Shown here one piece after another: positions 6,109 through 16,056 of a DNA stretch of 64,000 nucleotides. The position numbers were made by a program, and so were the translations under genes. Within the stretch, counting starts at the first letter, position 1, and each line of letters starts with the position of its first letter. Origin of the DNA: a virus. The stretch lies in IMG/VR virus record IMGVR_UViG_3300028596_000009, positions 64,001 to 128,000 of that record. One strand, given 5' to 3'. The notes under the pieces were generated by a model, which searched no databases, was not told the DNA's origin, and saw only the letters and a program-made list of their open reading frames with translations.

Positions 6109-7733
6109 AGATACCTCGGCCTTACCAGTACGACATGATCCGCAGGCTGAAGAAGGACAACTCCGTCCTGATCGGCGCCGACATGGGAACAGGCAAGACC
6201 CTTGTCGCCGTGGAGATGATCCGGCATCTTCCGCCCGCACCGCGCGTTCTGTACATAGCGCCGAACAACACGCACAACCAGGTGATCGAAACGGTCGCCG
6301 AGCAGTTCCCTTCGCTCGAAGGATCCCCGTACCTGCGCAAGGTCGGCACACCGAGAGCGGACCCCGAGAGCTGGCAGCAGATCCTGGCGAAGAAGCCCGG
6401 CGTCTACGTCATCGGGTGGGAAGCGATGCACGGCGTCGTGCCGAGGGACATCCGCCTGAAGCACACGGCGAAGGGCAAGAAGGATCCCGACGTCACGGTC
6501 AAGGCGATCACCGAATGCATGAAGACCGGTCTCGTTCCCCCGTGGAACAAGGCAGGTACCTGGGACATGGTGGTGCTCGACGAGTCCCACCGGGTCCAGA
6601 ACCCGCACTCGCTCAACAAGAAGATCGTCAAGCAGATCAAGTCGATCTATAGGGTCGCGATGTCGGGCACACCGTCCGGCAACAAGCCCGAGGGTCTGTG
6701 GTCGACGCTCAACTGGCTCTGGCCGGACGAGTACCCGTCCTTCACCCGCTGGAAGGACTTCTACATGGAGTTCGAGGAGCGGGTCATCGGGCGGGGCATG
6801 ACGGTCCGCACCATCGTCGGGGAGGCGGCTCCCGGAGCCACCTGGCTGGACATACCCAACGCGATACGGGTCCGGCTGGAGGACATCGGCGTCCACCTTC
6901 CCGACGTGATCGAGCGCAGGGTCTATGTGCCGATGACCACGGAACAGCGCAAGGTGTACGACGACTTCGAGAAGCAGGCTATGGCCTGGATCGACGAGCA
7001 GCCGTACGCAGCACCGCTGCCGATCGAGAAGAGGATCCGCCTGAGGCAGGCTTCACTCGGCCCGCTGAAGGTGATCAAGAAGACCAAGCGCAAGGAACTC
7101 TGGATCGATCAGGGTGACGTGCACAAGGACTTGGTCACGGTCCTCGACGACGAAGGCAAGGAGTACACCGGCCGCGCCGTGAAGGTGCTCGATGCCCTGG
7201 GCTACTCATCGCTGGTGCTCTTCGAGTACGAGGAGGACCAGTTCGAGTTCCAGGAGAAAGCCGAGCACCACAAGGTCCAGGCCATCAGGGAGATCATCGC
7301 AGACCTTCCCCCGGGTGCTCCGGTCCTGGTTTTCACACACTCTGCCCGCTGGGCGCACCTGGCCCATGGCCTTCTGTCGAAGGCGAAGCTGGGTGAAGTG
7401 CGGGCCTGGACCGGTGAACTGAACCAGTCTCAGCGTGACGAGCTGAAGCTGGCGTTCGGTAAGTCGGTGAGGATCCTGATCGCGGTCATTCCGGCCGTGG
7501 CCGAGGGAATCGACGGCTGGCAGAACGTGTGCCGTTATGAAATCTGGGCCTCGAAGGCGGAGAACGCCCTGTTGAACGAGCAGGCCAAGGCGCGTCTTCA
7601 CCGTCCCGGACAGAAGTCCCCTGTGCAGCGATGGCTCATCCACTCGGAGAATTCCATCGACGACGGGGTGGAAGAGCGCCTGAACATACGTGGCCGTCGA
7701 CTGATGACCATGTACCGGGACGACCTGAAGTAA
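6105..7733 (+). CDS. SNF2-like SF2 DNA helicase
   Basis: ADMGTGKT, VLDESH, MSGTP, EGID, QAKARLHRPGQ. Confidence 0.92.
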   Translation: MKIPRPYQYDMIRRLKKDNSVLIGADMGTGKTLVAVEMIRHLPPAPRVLYIAPNNTHNQVIETVAEQFPSLEGSPYLRKVGTPRADPESWQQILAKKPGVYVIGWEAMHGVVPRDIRLKHTAKGKKDPDVTVKAITECMKTGLVPPWNKAGTWDMVVLDESHRVQNPHSLNKKIVKQIKSIYRVAMSGTPSGNKPEGLWSTLNWLWPDEYPSFTRWKDFYMEFEERVIGRGMTVRTIVGEAAPGATWLDIPNAIRVRLEDIGVHLPDVIERRVYVPMTTEQRKVYDDFEKQAMAWIDEQPYAAPLPIEKRIRLRQASLGPLKVIKKTKRKELWIDQGDVHKDLVTVLDDEGKEYTGRAVKVLDALGYSSLVLFEYEEDQFEFQEKAEHHKVQAIREIIADLPPGAPVLVFTHSARWAHLAHGLLSKAKLGEVRAWTGELNQSQRDELKLAFGKSVRILIAVIPAVAEGIDGWQNVCRYEIWASKAENALLNEQAKARLHRPGQKSPVQRWLIHSENSIDDGVEERLNIRGRRLMTMYRDDLK

Positions 7734-7758
7734 CCCTCAGAAAGGGGAAAGACGAGGG

Positions 7759-8496
7759 ATGAACGAAGTACCGATCGAGAACTTCCCGCCTGCCGTGTGG
7801 GGGATGTACAGCAGCCTCGTCGATGAGACCGGAGTAGAGCCGCTCGTCCACCGCAACGGATTCGGACGGATTGTGGTCAGTCACGGGAACGACCGGGTGC
7901 GTGCGATCGTCACGTACAAGCTCGTCGGGGGCAAGTGGAGTTGGCACAGCTCCACCCTCACGATCGACGGCAGGAAGGTCCCGATTGCGCAGGGAGGGCC
8001 GTCGCAGTACGCGGAGATCCTCAAGGATCCTGACTACGGGCGTCACCGGTGGACTCCGAAGAAGGCCAAGAAGGCCAAGCTCCCCAACATGAGGGAGATT
8101 CCCGAGGAACAAATGGAATACATTCCCCAGGATGCGGCGGATTTCTTCAAGGGCCTGAGGGGCAAGCTGGTCGATCCGGATGCGTCGGTCACCGTGCACA
8201 TGAGCGAGAACAGCGAGTACATCGTCCGCGTGCACCACCCGAAGAAATTGTCGGTTTATTTTTTCCTGTCCGCCCACGTTGGCAGGTGGTACCTGGACCG
8301 CCAGGTGACGGTGAACTCCACCGGCTACGACGTGAGTAGCTGGCACGACAACTCCCTCGATGACCTGATCGACGAACTCCTGGGCACCATCTCCCGGGAA
8401 GCGCAGCGGAGCTACCTTCCTCAGCGCCGCGAGCACGCGCAGGCCGGAATGAGCAACTCGGTGTCGGTCCGCAAGTCCACCGTATTTCGCATCTAA
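7759..8496 (+). CDS. Hypothetical protein
   Basis: RBS, 245 aa. Confidence 0.75.
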   Translation: MNEVPIENFPPAVWGMYSSLVDETGVEPLVHRNGFGRIVVSHGNDRVRAIVTYKLVGGKWSWHSSTLTIDGRKVPIAQGGPSQYAEILKDPDYGRHRWTPKKAKKAKLPNMREIPEEQMEYIPQDAADFFKGLRGKLVDPDASVTVHMSENSEYIVRVHHPKKLSVYFFLSAHVGRWYLDRQVTVNSTGYDVSSWHDNSLDDLIDELLGTISREAQRSYLPQRREHAQAGMSNSVSVRKSTVFRI

Positions 8497-8509
8497 GGAG
8501 AAAGACATC

Positions 8510-8695
8510 ATGAGCAACACCGACGAGTCCCGCTGCACCTGCCGCTTCAAGGGCCGGGCGCCCGCCGTGGACCTGTACGCCGGAAGCCACTCGCCGTGGT
8601 GCGGAGCCTGGTGCACCTGCCCCGGCGGCCCCCGCAAGAACCTCGCCGAGCACAACCTCGGCTGCGGCGCGCTCGACCAGGTCGAGGAGGCGTGA
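8510..8695 (+). CDS. Small Cys/His-rich metal-binding protein
   Basis: CTC...HSPWCGAWCTC...H..GCG. Confidence 0.7.
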   Translation: MSNTDESRCTCRFKGRAPAVDLYAGSHSPWCGAWCTCPGGPRKNLAEHNLGCGALDQVEEA

Positions 8696-8883
8696 TGGCC
8701 GTCGCCGACGACGCGAAGTGCACCTGCGGCAACGCGGGCAACCCCACGGTCATCGACGGCTGGTACCCCTCCCACCGGCCGTCGTGCATGGCCTGGTGTG
8801 ACTGCCGACTGCCCGGGGTTCCGATCCTCGGCAACTTCCACCGGACCGACTGCGGAATCTACGAAGGGATGGAGGTGGAGTGA
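8695..8883 (+). CDS. Small Cys/His-rich protein, paralog of 8510-8695
   Basis: CTC...HRPSCMAWCDC...H..DCG; TGATG coupling. Confidence 0.7.
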   Translation: MAVADDAKCTCGNAGNPTVIDGWYPSHRPSCMAWCDCRLPGVPILGNFHRTDCGIYEGMEVE

Positions 8884-9554
8884 TGTTCCACTACCACACT
8901 ACCTACACGCTGCCCCGGGACTACTCCTGGGTTCCCGTGAAGATCGTGAATGCCTCTCTCGGCGTGAAGAACGTCCGCGCTCTCAGTGACCACGGTGACT
9001 ACGTCCACATCGAGGAGAAGGAACTCGACTACTTCCACGTTGAGGCGATACACGCCGACCCCTTCTACGTCCCCCGCCCACAGCCCTACTCGCTCGACAT
9101 CCTGGCCTTTCCCGCCCGGTTCCCTTCCAGGCTGCACGCCACTTCGGGACGGAGCTTCACCAACGACTTCGGTCTGCATCTGATGCGCTCCACGGGAACG
9201 AGCAACCCGGAGAAGGTGACCGCAGACCAGCTTCCCGGCGTCGCGGAGCGGATGATCGGCGCGATCGTCATGATGCAGGTCCGGCACGTCGTGAGGGACA
9301 ACGAGGTCTACGACAGGCTGGACGGAAAGCCCCACCCCGTACCGAACCGAACCATCCAGGTGCTCACCTCCTGGGGCTGGCTCAAGGGAGAAGTGCCCTG
9401 GCGCGCGGTGAAGACCCTCATGGACGACGAAGTGAAGACCGGTTCGACGATCGAAGTCGCCCTGGGCATGGGGATGGGAACCGTCACCGCCTGCTGGATG
9501 AACGGCCGCTGGGAGCACGCCGCTGCCGACCTTCGTACCAAGAACCGGAAGTAG
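8883..9554 (+). CDS. Hypothetical protein
   Basis: Translationally coupled, high GC3. Confidence 0.75.
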   Translation: MFHYHTTYTLPRDYSWVPVKIVNASLGVKNVRALSDHGDYVHIEEKELDYFHVEAIHADPFYVPRPQPYSLDILAFPARFPSRLHATSGRSFTNDFGLHLMRSTGTSNPEKVTADQLPGVAERMIGAIVMMQVRHVVRDNEVYDRLDGKPHPVPNRTIQVLTSWGWLKGEVPWRAVKTLMDDEVKTGSTIEVALGMGMGTVTACWMNGRWEHAAADLRTKNRK

Positions 9555-9562
9555 GAGGAAGC

Positions 9563-9946
9563 ATGATCGAGGCAGTCGCCGTCGACTTCGACGGAGTCAT
9601 CCACAACGCGGACAACGGCTGGCAGGGCGGCGTCATCTACGGCGACCCGCTCCCCGGATCCCTGGACGCCCTGCGTGAGCTGATGAAGGACCACCCGGTC
9701 TTCATCATGACGGCCCGCCCGAACCTGGTACCGGTCGCCGAGTGGCTGAAGAACTTCGGGTTCGACACCATCACCCAGGACGCGTACGACAAGGAAGCCA
9801 AGGAACGCTGGCACACCAGGGACATCCTGCTCGTCACCAACGTCAAGCTCCCGGCCATCGTCTACATCGACGACAAGGGCTACAGCTTCAAGTCGTGGAA
9901 CGAGGGCGTCGTCGACTGGGTGAACCGCATCGCGAAGAAGCCGTGA
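9563..9946 (+). CDS. HAD-superfamily phosphatase/nucleotidase
   Basis: AVDFDGVIH, IMTAR, K...YIDDK. Confidence 0.85.
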   Translation: MIEAVAVDFDGVIHNADNGWQGGVIYGDPLPGSLDALRELMKDHPVFIMTARPNLVPVAEWLKNFGFDTITQDAYDKEAKERWHTRDILLVTNVKLPAIVYIDDKGYSFKSWNEGVVDWVNRIAKKP

Positions 9947-10361
9947 GCGGGGCCCTCTGTACGTGCTCCTGGAGCCCCGTCCACGGATGGGTCGTGTGCC
10001 AGGAGTGCTGCAACTCCGAAGTGGGCTGTGCCCACCTGACGGAAGATCTGGAAGAAGAGGAAGAGCCGTGAGCATCAAGGACTGGATCTACCGCGTCATC
10101 GGCAACGAGAACGACGTGACGTACGTGGTGGACGACGAGGCCGAGGAGCCGGTCGCCTACAGCTCCGGAGGCGTCTTCATCGTGAAGAGCACCGGCCAGG
10201 CCACCGCGCCGGAAGGCAGTACGGCCAACACCGGCTTCAGCGGTTCGTTACCGCGAGGACGGAAGGTCGTCGTGGAGAACACCGGCAACGCCACCGCGAC
10301 CGGCGGCGGATACGCCAACTCGGGCATCGTCTACAGCGACAAGAAGAGGAGGCAGAAGTGA
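9943..10361 (+). other. Two small coupled hypothetical CDS (9943-10071 Cys-rich; 10068-10361)
   Basis: GTGA overlaps; second has repeated TG[QN]ATA..G..AN[TS]G. Confidence 0.6.
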
Positions 10362-10840
10362 GCCGCAGCGGATCGATAACCATCGCCTACGGCTTCTACC
10401 TGCGCAACTACGACGGCGAGTGGATGATCCAGGAGTCCGAGGACGACTGGGAGTACGAGTTTCCCTGGGTGCGGGGCGTTGAGGAGTGCCTGAGCGACGA
10501 CGGTGAGCTGGCCTTCTTCATCAAGTTCCTTCTCCGCCAGCTCCCTGAGCCGCCGAGTGAGAGCTTCCTCGCCGAGGGCGAGGGCGACTCGTACCACCTC
10601 AACAAGCTCCTGACCGAGCTGACCGGCCTGAGCCTGGAGGCTTTCGGCTTCGAGAACAGCAGGATCCTCCTGGCCTCCGGTCCCGTCGCCGAGCACTACA
10701 CCTGGGGCCCGGTCGACATCGACGAAGAGACCTTGAAGGTGTCCGACGCGGCCCGTGAGCGTTTGGAGTGGGTCCGGAGGGTTCTCGGGTGCACACCGGT
10801 GGACAAGCCCGGCATCAAGGTGATGGCGAGCTACGGATGA
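10358..10840 (+). CDS. Hypothetical, 'YG...PxW' paralog family
   Basis: ITIAYGFYL ... PGIKVMASYG. Confidence 0.75.
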   Translation: MSRSGSITIAYGFYLRNYDGEWMIQESEDDWEYEFPWVRGVEECLSDDGELAFFIKFLLRQLPEPPSESFLAEGEGDSYHLNKLLTELTGLSLEAFGFENSRILLASGPVAEHYTWGPVDIDEETLKVSDAARERLEWVRRVLGCTPVDKPGIKVMASYG

Positions 10841-11553
10841 ACGGCAAGGCGCACGCAGCGATAGGCGCCACCTCGCCGCTGGTCCTCATCACGGCCGGAG
10901 CGGACCTCGGTCAGCTTCTGGTCCTGGCGGGGATCGCGGCGGGGGCCGCCCTCGGGCCGGACATCGACCATCCGAACGCCACCGCCACGCGGGCTCTCGG
11001 AACCGCTGTCCACAAGTCGGTCCACACCCTGTCGAAAACAGTCCGCTGGGCAACTTCGACGAGGGCGGACCGGGCGGCGGCGGCACAGTGGGAATCGCTC
11101 GGAAGGGACGCCGATCACAGGGCTCTGACGCACACCGGTGTTTCGGCTCTGGTGGTCGGGACGGCCGGATTCTTCCTGTCACTTATCCCGTTCGGTTCGG
11201 TGGCTGTGGTAGCCCTGGGCGGGTGGCTGGTGGGGAACCTGGTGAAGCGGACCACGGCGCCGGTCGTGTGCATCGCGCTCACTGGACTGGCCGTCATGTG
11301 CAGCGTCCCGGCGTGGATGGCTGCTTCGGCTGTCGCGCTGGGCTGGCTGTCCCACGTCCTCGCGGACGCCTGCACGATGGGCGGGGTGCCGCTGATGTGG
11401 CCGATGCGGCGGGACGGGAAGCGGTGGAAGCACACGCGCTTCCTCGGAAAGATGCTTCGCTCGGGTGCTTCCTCCGAGTGGGCCGTGGCGATGGGATTCA
11501 TCGTCGTCCTGTCCTTCCCGTTCACAGTAGTGATGCTCACGCCCTACCGCTGA
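10837..11553 (+). CDS. YdjM-like membrane metal-dependent hydrolase
   Basis: MNGKAH, PDIDHP, HRALTH, SHVLADACT.GGVPLMWP; multiple TM segments. Confidence 0.88.
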   Translation: MNGKAHAAIGATSPLVLITAGADLGQLLVLAGIAAGAALGPDIDHPNATATRALGTAVHKSVHTLSKTVRWATSTRADRAAAAQWESLGRDADHRALTHTGVSALVVGTAGFFLSLIPFGSVAVVALGGWLVGNLVKRTTAPVVCIALTGLAVMCSVPAWMAASAVALGWLSHVLADACTMGGVPLMWPMRRDGKRWKHTRFLGKMLRSGASSEWAVAMGFIVVLSFPFTVVMLTPYR

Positions 11554-11620
11554 CCTGCGGAAACATCGAGGAAGCACCGAGGAAGCAGTTCAAGGAAACA
11601 CGGAAACGGAGAAGGAAACA
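11550..11620. repeat. GGAA(G/A)C(A/G) heptamer array 1
   Basis: Copies at 11559, 11570, 11581, 11594, 11602, 11614. Confidence 0.8.
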
Positions 11621-12039
11621 TGACGTCGTACGCGACGGTTCTGTACGGGTTCAAGATGGAGAACGACGGGTTCTTGACCGACGGCATCCACGATAAGTGC
11701 GAGCTGGGCATGGAGCTGAAGCAGGCGGTGGCCTTCCACCTCCGTGAGGAGCTGGGAACCATCATCGACGAGAAGCCCGTGAAGGTCGCCCGCTTCGACG
11801 ACCACGTGGAGCTGCTCCGCCAGGAGACCGGCCTGTGGGTCGAGCCGTGGGGCGAGAAGACGTGCTTCATCACCATGATCAAGATGTGCCACGTCGGCGG
11901 CGAGTTCGAGCCCAAGCGCATCCCGCTGAACACCCCTGGCCCCGGAACCCTCCACGAACTCCTGGGGGCGGCTTCGAAGGCGGGAATCGACATCGACGTT
12001 CAGGAGCCCGCCTGGTTCCTCCTGTCCGGCAGCGAGTGA
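11620..12039 (+). CDS. Hypothetical, 'YG...PxW' paralog family
   Basis: ATVLYGFKM ... PAWFLLS. Confidence 0.75.
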   Translation: MTSYATVLYGFKMENDGFLTDGIHDKCELGMELKQAVAFHLREELGTIIDEKPVKVARFDDHVELLRQETGLWVEPWGEKTCFITMIKMCHVGGEFEPKRIPLNTPGPGTLHELLGAASKAGIDIDVQEPAWFLLSGSE

Positions 12040-12050
12040 AGGAGACGGCG

Positions 12051-12440
12051 ATGAGCGGAAATGCGAGGGCGAAGCTGTTCTGCGGCACCGAGCTGGACTT
12101 CTGCACGACCGACGAGATGGACGAGGACTACGAGAGGGACTACTCGGACGTGGGCGTGTACGCCCGGCACATCGCAAGGTCGATGGACGAAGGTCCGCTC
12201 GCCGACAACTTCAACGAGGAGACCCTCGCGGAGCAGTACGGCCTGCGGGTTCTGATGGCCGACAACAGCCTCTTCCTGGCGATCGAGGACAGCGTGACCG
12301 AGGTCAGCGGCAACGGCATCCACGACGTGAACTCTCTGGCCTACTCGCGGCGGTACGAGGAGCTGCTGGGATTCGCCCTGCTGAGGATCGACAACTCGGA
12401 GACCCAGCCGAAGTGGCTGCTGGCCACCGACTGCAACTGA
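12051..12440 (+). CDS. Hypothetical, 'YG...PxW' paralog family
   Basis: AKLFCGTEL ... PKWLLAT. Confidence 0.75.
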   Translation: MSGNARAKLFCGTELDFCTTDEMDEDYERDYSDVGVYARHIARSMDEGPLADNFNEETLAEQYGLRVLMADNSLFLAIEDSVTEVSGNGIHDVNSLAYSRRYEELLGFALLRIDNSETQPKWLLATDCN

Positions 12441-12460
12441 CCCACGGAAAGGGGACAGAC

Positions 12461-12847
12461 ATGAAGGCGAAGTTCTTCTACGGAGTGAAGCTCGACCACA
12501 CCAACTACCCGAGCGGCGTCACGAAGCTGCTGGAGAAGTGGGGCAACCCCGAGGAGGCCCTGTCGATCCACCTGCTGAAGGAGGGCGGGTACACGATCGA
12601 CAACGAGTACGACGCGGAGGAGGAGCTGGCCAGGAAGACCGCGATCCGCGTGCTCGACCTCGGGGACTTCGGCACCTACCTGGCGCTGGAGAAGGCGATC
12701 ACGTCCCTCGACTCGCACGGAGTCACCAAGGCCGACATGGCGCCGACGGAGCTGGGAGAGCAGCTTCGGATGGAGGTCTATGCCAAGCGGCTCGGCACCA
12801 ACGCCCTCGGAAACACCGGCTGGAGCCTGTGGGGCGACCACGTGTGA
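12461..12847 (+). CDS. Hypothetical, 'YG...PxW' paralog family
   Basis: AKFFYGVKL ... TGWSLWG. Confidence 0.75.
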   Translation: MKAKFFYGVKLDHTNYPSGVTKLLEKWGNPEEALSIHLLKEGGYTIDNEYDAEEELARKTAIRVLDLGDFGTYLALEKAITSLDSHGVTKADMAPTELGEQLRMEVYAKRLGTNALGNTGWSLWGDHV

Positions 12848-12849
12848 AG

Positions 12850-12958
12850 TGCTTCCTGCCGCTTCCGTGGTGCTTCCTCCTCATCGGGGAAGCGCTGCGG
12901 TGGACAACAGGAAACACCTGCTGACCTGCGGAAACACAAGGAAGCAAGGGAGGAAGCA
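12850..12958. repeat. GGAA(G/A)C(A/G) heptamer array 2 (inverted then direct)
   Basis: Reverse copies 12850, 12860, 12871; forward copies 12888, 12910, 12930, 12940, 12952. Confidence 0.8.
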
Positions 12959-13182
12959 TGGAGGAACAGGAAGACTGTGCCGCTCTCGCGGAAGACTGGT
13001 TCCCCGAAGCCAGCGAGGAAGCACTGGAACTCGCGACCGAGACTCTCACCCACATCATGAACAACCCGTTCATGCTGGTCGACGACGCACAGATCGAACT
13101 TCTGATGAGGCTGGCCACCTTCGCCGACGCGGGCGAGAAGCTCGCCATGGAACTCATCAAGAGCCGGAAGGAAGCACCGTGA
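12958..13182 (+). CDS. Hypothetical acidic protein
   Basis: GGAGG RBS. Confidence 0.65.
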   Translation: MEEQEDCAALAEDWFPEASEEALELATETLTHIMNNPFMLVDDAQIELLMRLATFADAGEKLAMELIKSRKEAP

Positions 13183-13400
13183 ACCGCACTGAGATCGAGA
13201 ACCTCTTCACCTACCACCCGCCGTTCGGCAGCCAGCCCGACCGCTACATCGAGATCCGTCAGATGGCCTTGGAGTTCGCCCTCCGCCTGGAGGAACTGTG
13301 CCCGCCGTCCGACGAGCGCAAGGAAGCGATCCGGCACATCGACTACGCGGTGATGCGGGCCAACGCCTCCATCGCCCGGCACGAGACGGAGGAGCAGTGA
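13179..13400 (+). CDS. Acb2/Tad1-like helical-hairpin protein (putative signalling-nucleotide sponge)
   Basis: IENLFTYHPP...RY.EIR...EFA...EELCPPSDERKEAI..I..AVMRANASIAR, 73 aa. Confidence 0.7.
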   Translation: MNRTEIENLFTYHPPFGSQPDRYIEIRQMALEFALRLEELCPPSDERKEAIRHIDYAVMRANASIARHETEEQ

Positions 13401-13654
13401 GCGACCGCAAGTACGACACCTGGCACAACGTGTACGTCGGGGACCGGGGCTGGGCGATCGGAGGCCACCGGCCGGACTGCCCCACCCAGCCGGGCAACCC
13501 GGCGTCGTACAACTGCCTGACCTACGCCAACGTGCGGGACTACGCCCGGAACTACCCGGAACTCCAGGTCATCACCGACGGCGCCTACCGGATCCGCTAC
13601 TGGCACAGCGACGAGGAGCCCGGCGGCGGCTTCGAGATCGAGAGGATGGGCTGA
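13397..13654 (+). CDS. Hypothetical, paralog of next
   Basis: YD.WH...H..C...C...YPEL...G.YRIRYW. Confidence 0.75.
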   Translation: MSDRKYDTWHNVYVGDRGWAIGGHRPDCPTQPGNPASYNCLTYANVRDYARNYPELQVITDGAYRIRYWHSDEEPGGGFEIERMG

Positions 13655-13657
13655 GTC

Positions 13658-13936
13658 ATGCGCAGCTACGACGAGTGGCACGACCTGTATATCGACGGGG
13701 ACGGCGAGTGGAGCCTGACCCACCCCATCGCCAAGTGCCCGTCCTACCCCGACGGCCCTGAGCCTGGCGACACCGCCTACGGATGCGGCACGGAGGACGT
13801 CATGGGCGTCCACGGCACCGAGTACCCGGAGCTGGCCAAGCTCAAGGAGGGCCACTACCGGATCCGCTACTGGGGCGAGACGTCTCCGGTCGACGGGGAG
13901 TTCGAGGACGGCTTCGACGTGGAGGTGGCCGGGTGA
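13658..13936 (+). CDS. Hypothetical, paralog of previous
   Basis: YDEWH...H...C...C...YPEL...GHYRIRYW. Confidence 0.75.
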   Translation: MRSYDEWHDLYIDGDGEWSLTHPIAKCPSYPDGPEPGDTAYGCGTEDVMGVHGTEYPELAKLKEGHYRIRYWGETSPVDGEFEDGFDVEVAG

Positions 13937-14355
13937 AGCCGCTCGTCATCCTGGTCACCGGCTCCCGGGACTATACCGACCGGGCCTTCGTGTACGCGGC
14001 GCTCGGGCGGGCCCGCGAGTTCTACAGCGACCGCCGGATCATCGTCCGTCATGGGCTGGCCAAGGGTGCGGACACTCTGGCCAGCGACTGGGTGCAGTCC
14101 ATCGGGAACCACCGGCTGGTCGACGAGGATCCGCACGACCCGAACGACCACGGTCCGTGGCCTGCCGCCGGGATGATCCGAAACGCGCACATGATCCGGC
14201 TGGAACCGCGTCCCGACTGGTGCCTCGGCTTCGTCAACCGGTGCCGCAGGCCGCAGTGCAAGAACCGGCAGCTCCACGGATCGCATGGCGCTGAGGGGTG
14301 CCTGGAGATGGCCGAGAGGGCGCAGATCCCCTTCAAGGCATGGAGAACGTTCTGA
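13933..14355 (+). CDS. SLOG-superfamily (YspA/DUF2493-like) protein
   Basis: ILVTGSRD, HG.AKGAD, AAG.IRN..M, SHGA..C. Confidence 0.85.
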   Translation: MKPLVILVTGSRDYTDRAFVYAALGRAREFYSDRRIIVRHGLAKGADTLASDWVQSIGNHRLVDEDPHDPNDHGPWPAAGMIRNAHMIRLEPRPDWCLGFVNRCRRPQCKNRQLHGSHGAEGCLEMAERAQIPFKAWRTF

Positions 14356-14381
14356 TCTGAGCCTTCTGGAAGGAGAAGGGC

Positions 14382-15257
14382 ATGGAGCAGCTTGAGATTT
14401 TCTTCGAGGACAACGAGATTCTGAAGCAGTACGAGGCGATACCGGCGCCGCTTCAGCGCAAGCTGGAGACTCACTTCGCCACCCTCGTGGCGTGCGTGTC
14501 GATGAGGAAGACGCCGTTCCCCGCGCACCGCAACCGTGGTGTTTCCATCACGGTGGAGAACCCCAGGACCACGGTCGTCGTCCATGCGACGCGGGTGCAG
14601 GGCGGCGTGGAGATACTCGGTGTCATCGCCCGGGTCCGCACCCCGGACCAGCAGGAGGACTACCGGGCCGAGCGGGGCGTGGACTGCCCGTTCTGCGGCG
14701 CCGGGAAGGGCAACGCCTGCGTGGGGACCGACGGGCATGTCCTGACCTACGTCGGCACACGGAAAGACAAGCGACGTACCCACGCTGCCCGCCGCGAGCT
14801 GCACCAGACCGGCTCCGTGAAGAGGTTCAGCGGGGTCCAGAAGTCCATCCCGTTCATGACGGCTTCGGGGATCCGTAACGAGATGGCCGACGGCCGGGAC
14901 TCCGACTGGGCTGAGGTGTTTGACCAGTACAGGAACATGTACGACTCCGTCGAGATGGCCGACGGGCTGGTGGACGGCGCGATGCGGGTGATCGAGAAGC
15001 ATCACCCGGACCATCTGTGGTCGCCGTCGAAGTTCTGGAACCTGATGTGCGAGCACATCAGCGGCCCGCACGAGAATCCCGATCGGATGATCGTGACGAT
15101 GATGGGCAGGAGCCTGAGGCTCGGCATCATCACGCAGAAGCAGCACGACTACTACCTGCGCATGGGGGTCAGGGGCTACGCCGCGTTCGTCGGCCTGGAC
15201 TTCGCCCCGCACCCGCTCGGCGGCTTCGTCGCCGTCCGCAGCCTGAAGGGAATCTGA
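14382..15257 (+). CDS. Hypothetical with CPxCGA..G..C...H zinc finger
   Basis: CPFCGAGKGNAC...HAARR. Confidence 0.7.
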   Translation: MEQLEIFFEDNEILKQYEAIPAPLQRKLETHFATLVACVSMRKTPFPAHRNRGVSITVENPRTTVVVHATRVQGGVEILGVIARVRTPDQQEDYRAERGVDCPFCGAGKGNACVGTDGHVLTYVGTRKDKRRTHAARRELHQTGSVKRFSGVQKSIPFMTASGIRNEMADGRDSDWAEVFDQYRNMYDSVEMADGLVDGAMRVIEKHHPDHLWSPSKFWNLMCEHISGPHENPDRMIVTMMGRSLRLGIITQKQHDYYLRMGVRGYAAFVGLDFAPHPLGGFVAVRSLKGI

Positions 15258-15610
15258 TGGGGCTGAACATCGACGGCGTGACGAAGTGGAGCTACGGCGC
15301 CTTCAACACCTGGCGGGCACAGATCGCCCATCACGAGGGGTTCACGTTCTCCGAGATGGAAGGGTGCGGCGGCGTGCGCCCCTGGAGCGAGGTCGACTCC
15401 GTCCTGCTGCCCCTGCTGGACCACCCGGACGACGACGGTGAGCTGACCGCTGCGGAGTGCGCGCAGATGCACACCTACCTCCGTGAGGTGGTCGACAAGC
15501 TGTGGCCTTCCTGGCAGTACGACGGGCTGGGGGAACGGCAGCGGGGCCTGGAGCTGGCGGACGCGATGAAGGAGGCCGCCGAGGGCGGCTGGAGTCTGGA
15601 GTTCCAGTGA
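15257..15610 (+). CDS. Hypothetical protein
   Basis: TGATG coupling; WSYGAF, LLDHPDDDGEL. Confidence 0.75.
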   Translation: MGLNIDGVTKWSYGAFNTWRAQIAHHEGFTFSEMEGCGGVRPWSEVDSVLLPLLDHPDDDGELTAAECAQMHTYLREVVDKLWPSWQYDGLGERQRGLELADAMKEAAEGGWSLEFQ

Positions 15611-15705
15611 GAACTGCCCTCGTGACCGATGGCCTGTCGTCGAAGGATCTGATCGACCACCTGCGTGCAGCCGTGGGGGCTGCACAGGATGAGAGGAGGG
15701 GAACG

Positions 15706-15975
15706 ATGAGCACCGAGATGATGGTCTACGTGGCGGTGCGCTGCCCGCAGGCGCCGACGGCGGACCAGTTGTCCGCGCTGACTCGGAACATCAACGGGGA
15801 GATACGCCACAGTGAGCACACCGGGCTGCTGGAGATGTACTGGCGTGTGCCGTCCGAGCGGCTTCTGGGCGTCGCGTCCACGGTGCCGAAGCTGGTGTCG
15901 CAGACGCTGACGACGGCCTTCAGGGACGAGCCGGAGGTCGTCTCCCTGAACGTCATTTCCACAGCGAAGCAGTAG
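15706..15975 (+). CDS. Hypothetical protein
   Basis: AGGAGG RBS. Confidence 0.6.
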   Translation: MSTEMMVYVAVRCPQAPTADQLSALTRNINGEIRHSEHTGLLEMYWRVPSERLLGVASTVPKLVSQTLTTAFRDEPEVVSLNVISTAKQ

Positions 15976-16046
15976 GGAAGCAAGGAAGCGGGTGCTTCCG
16001 GGGAAACAGGAAGTACCCACAGGAAGCGGGGAAACCCGCAGATCAG
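15976..16046. repeat. GGAA(G/A)C(A/G) heptamer array 3
   Basis: Exact or near copies at 15976, 15984, 15993 (rev), 16002, 16009, 16022, 16030. Confidence 0.75.
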
Positions 16047-16056
16047 GAGGCATGTG

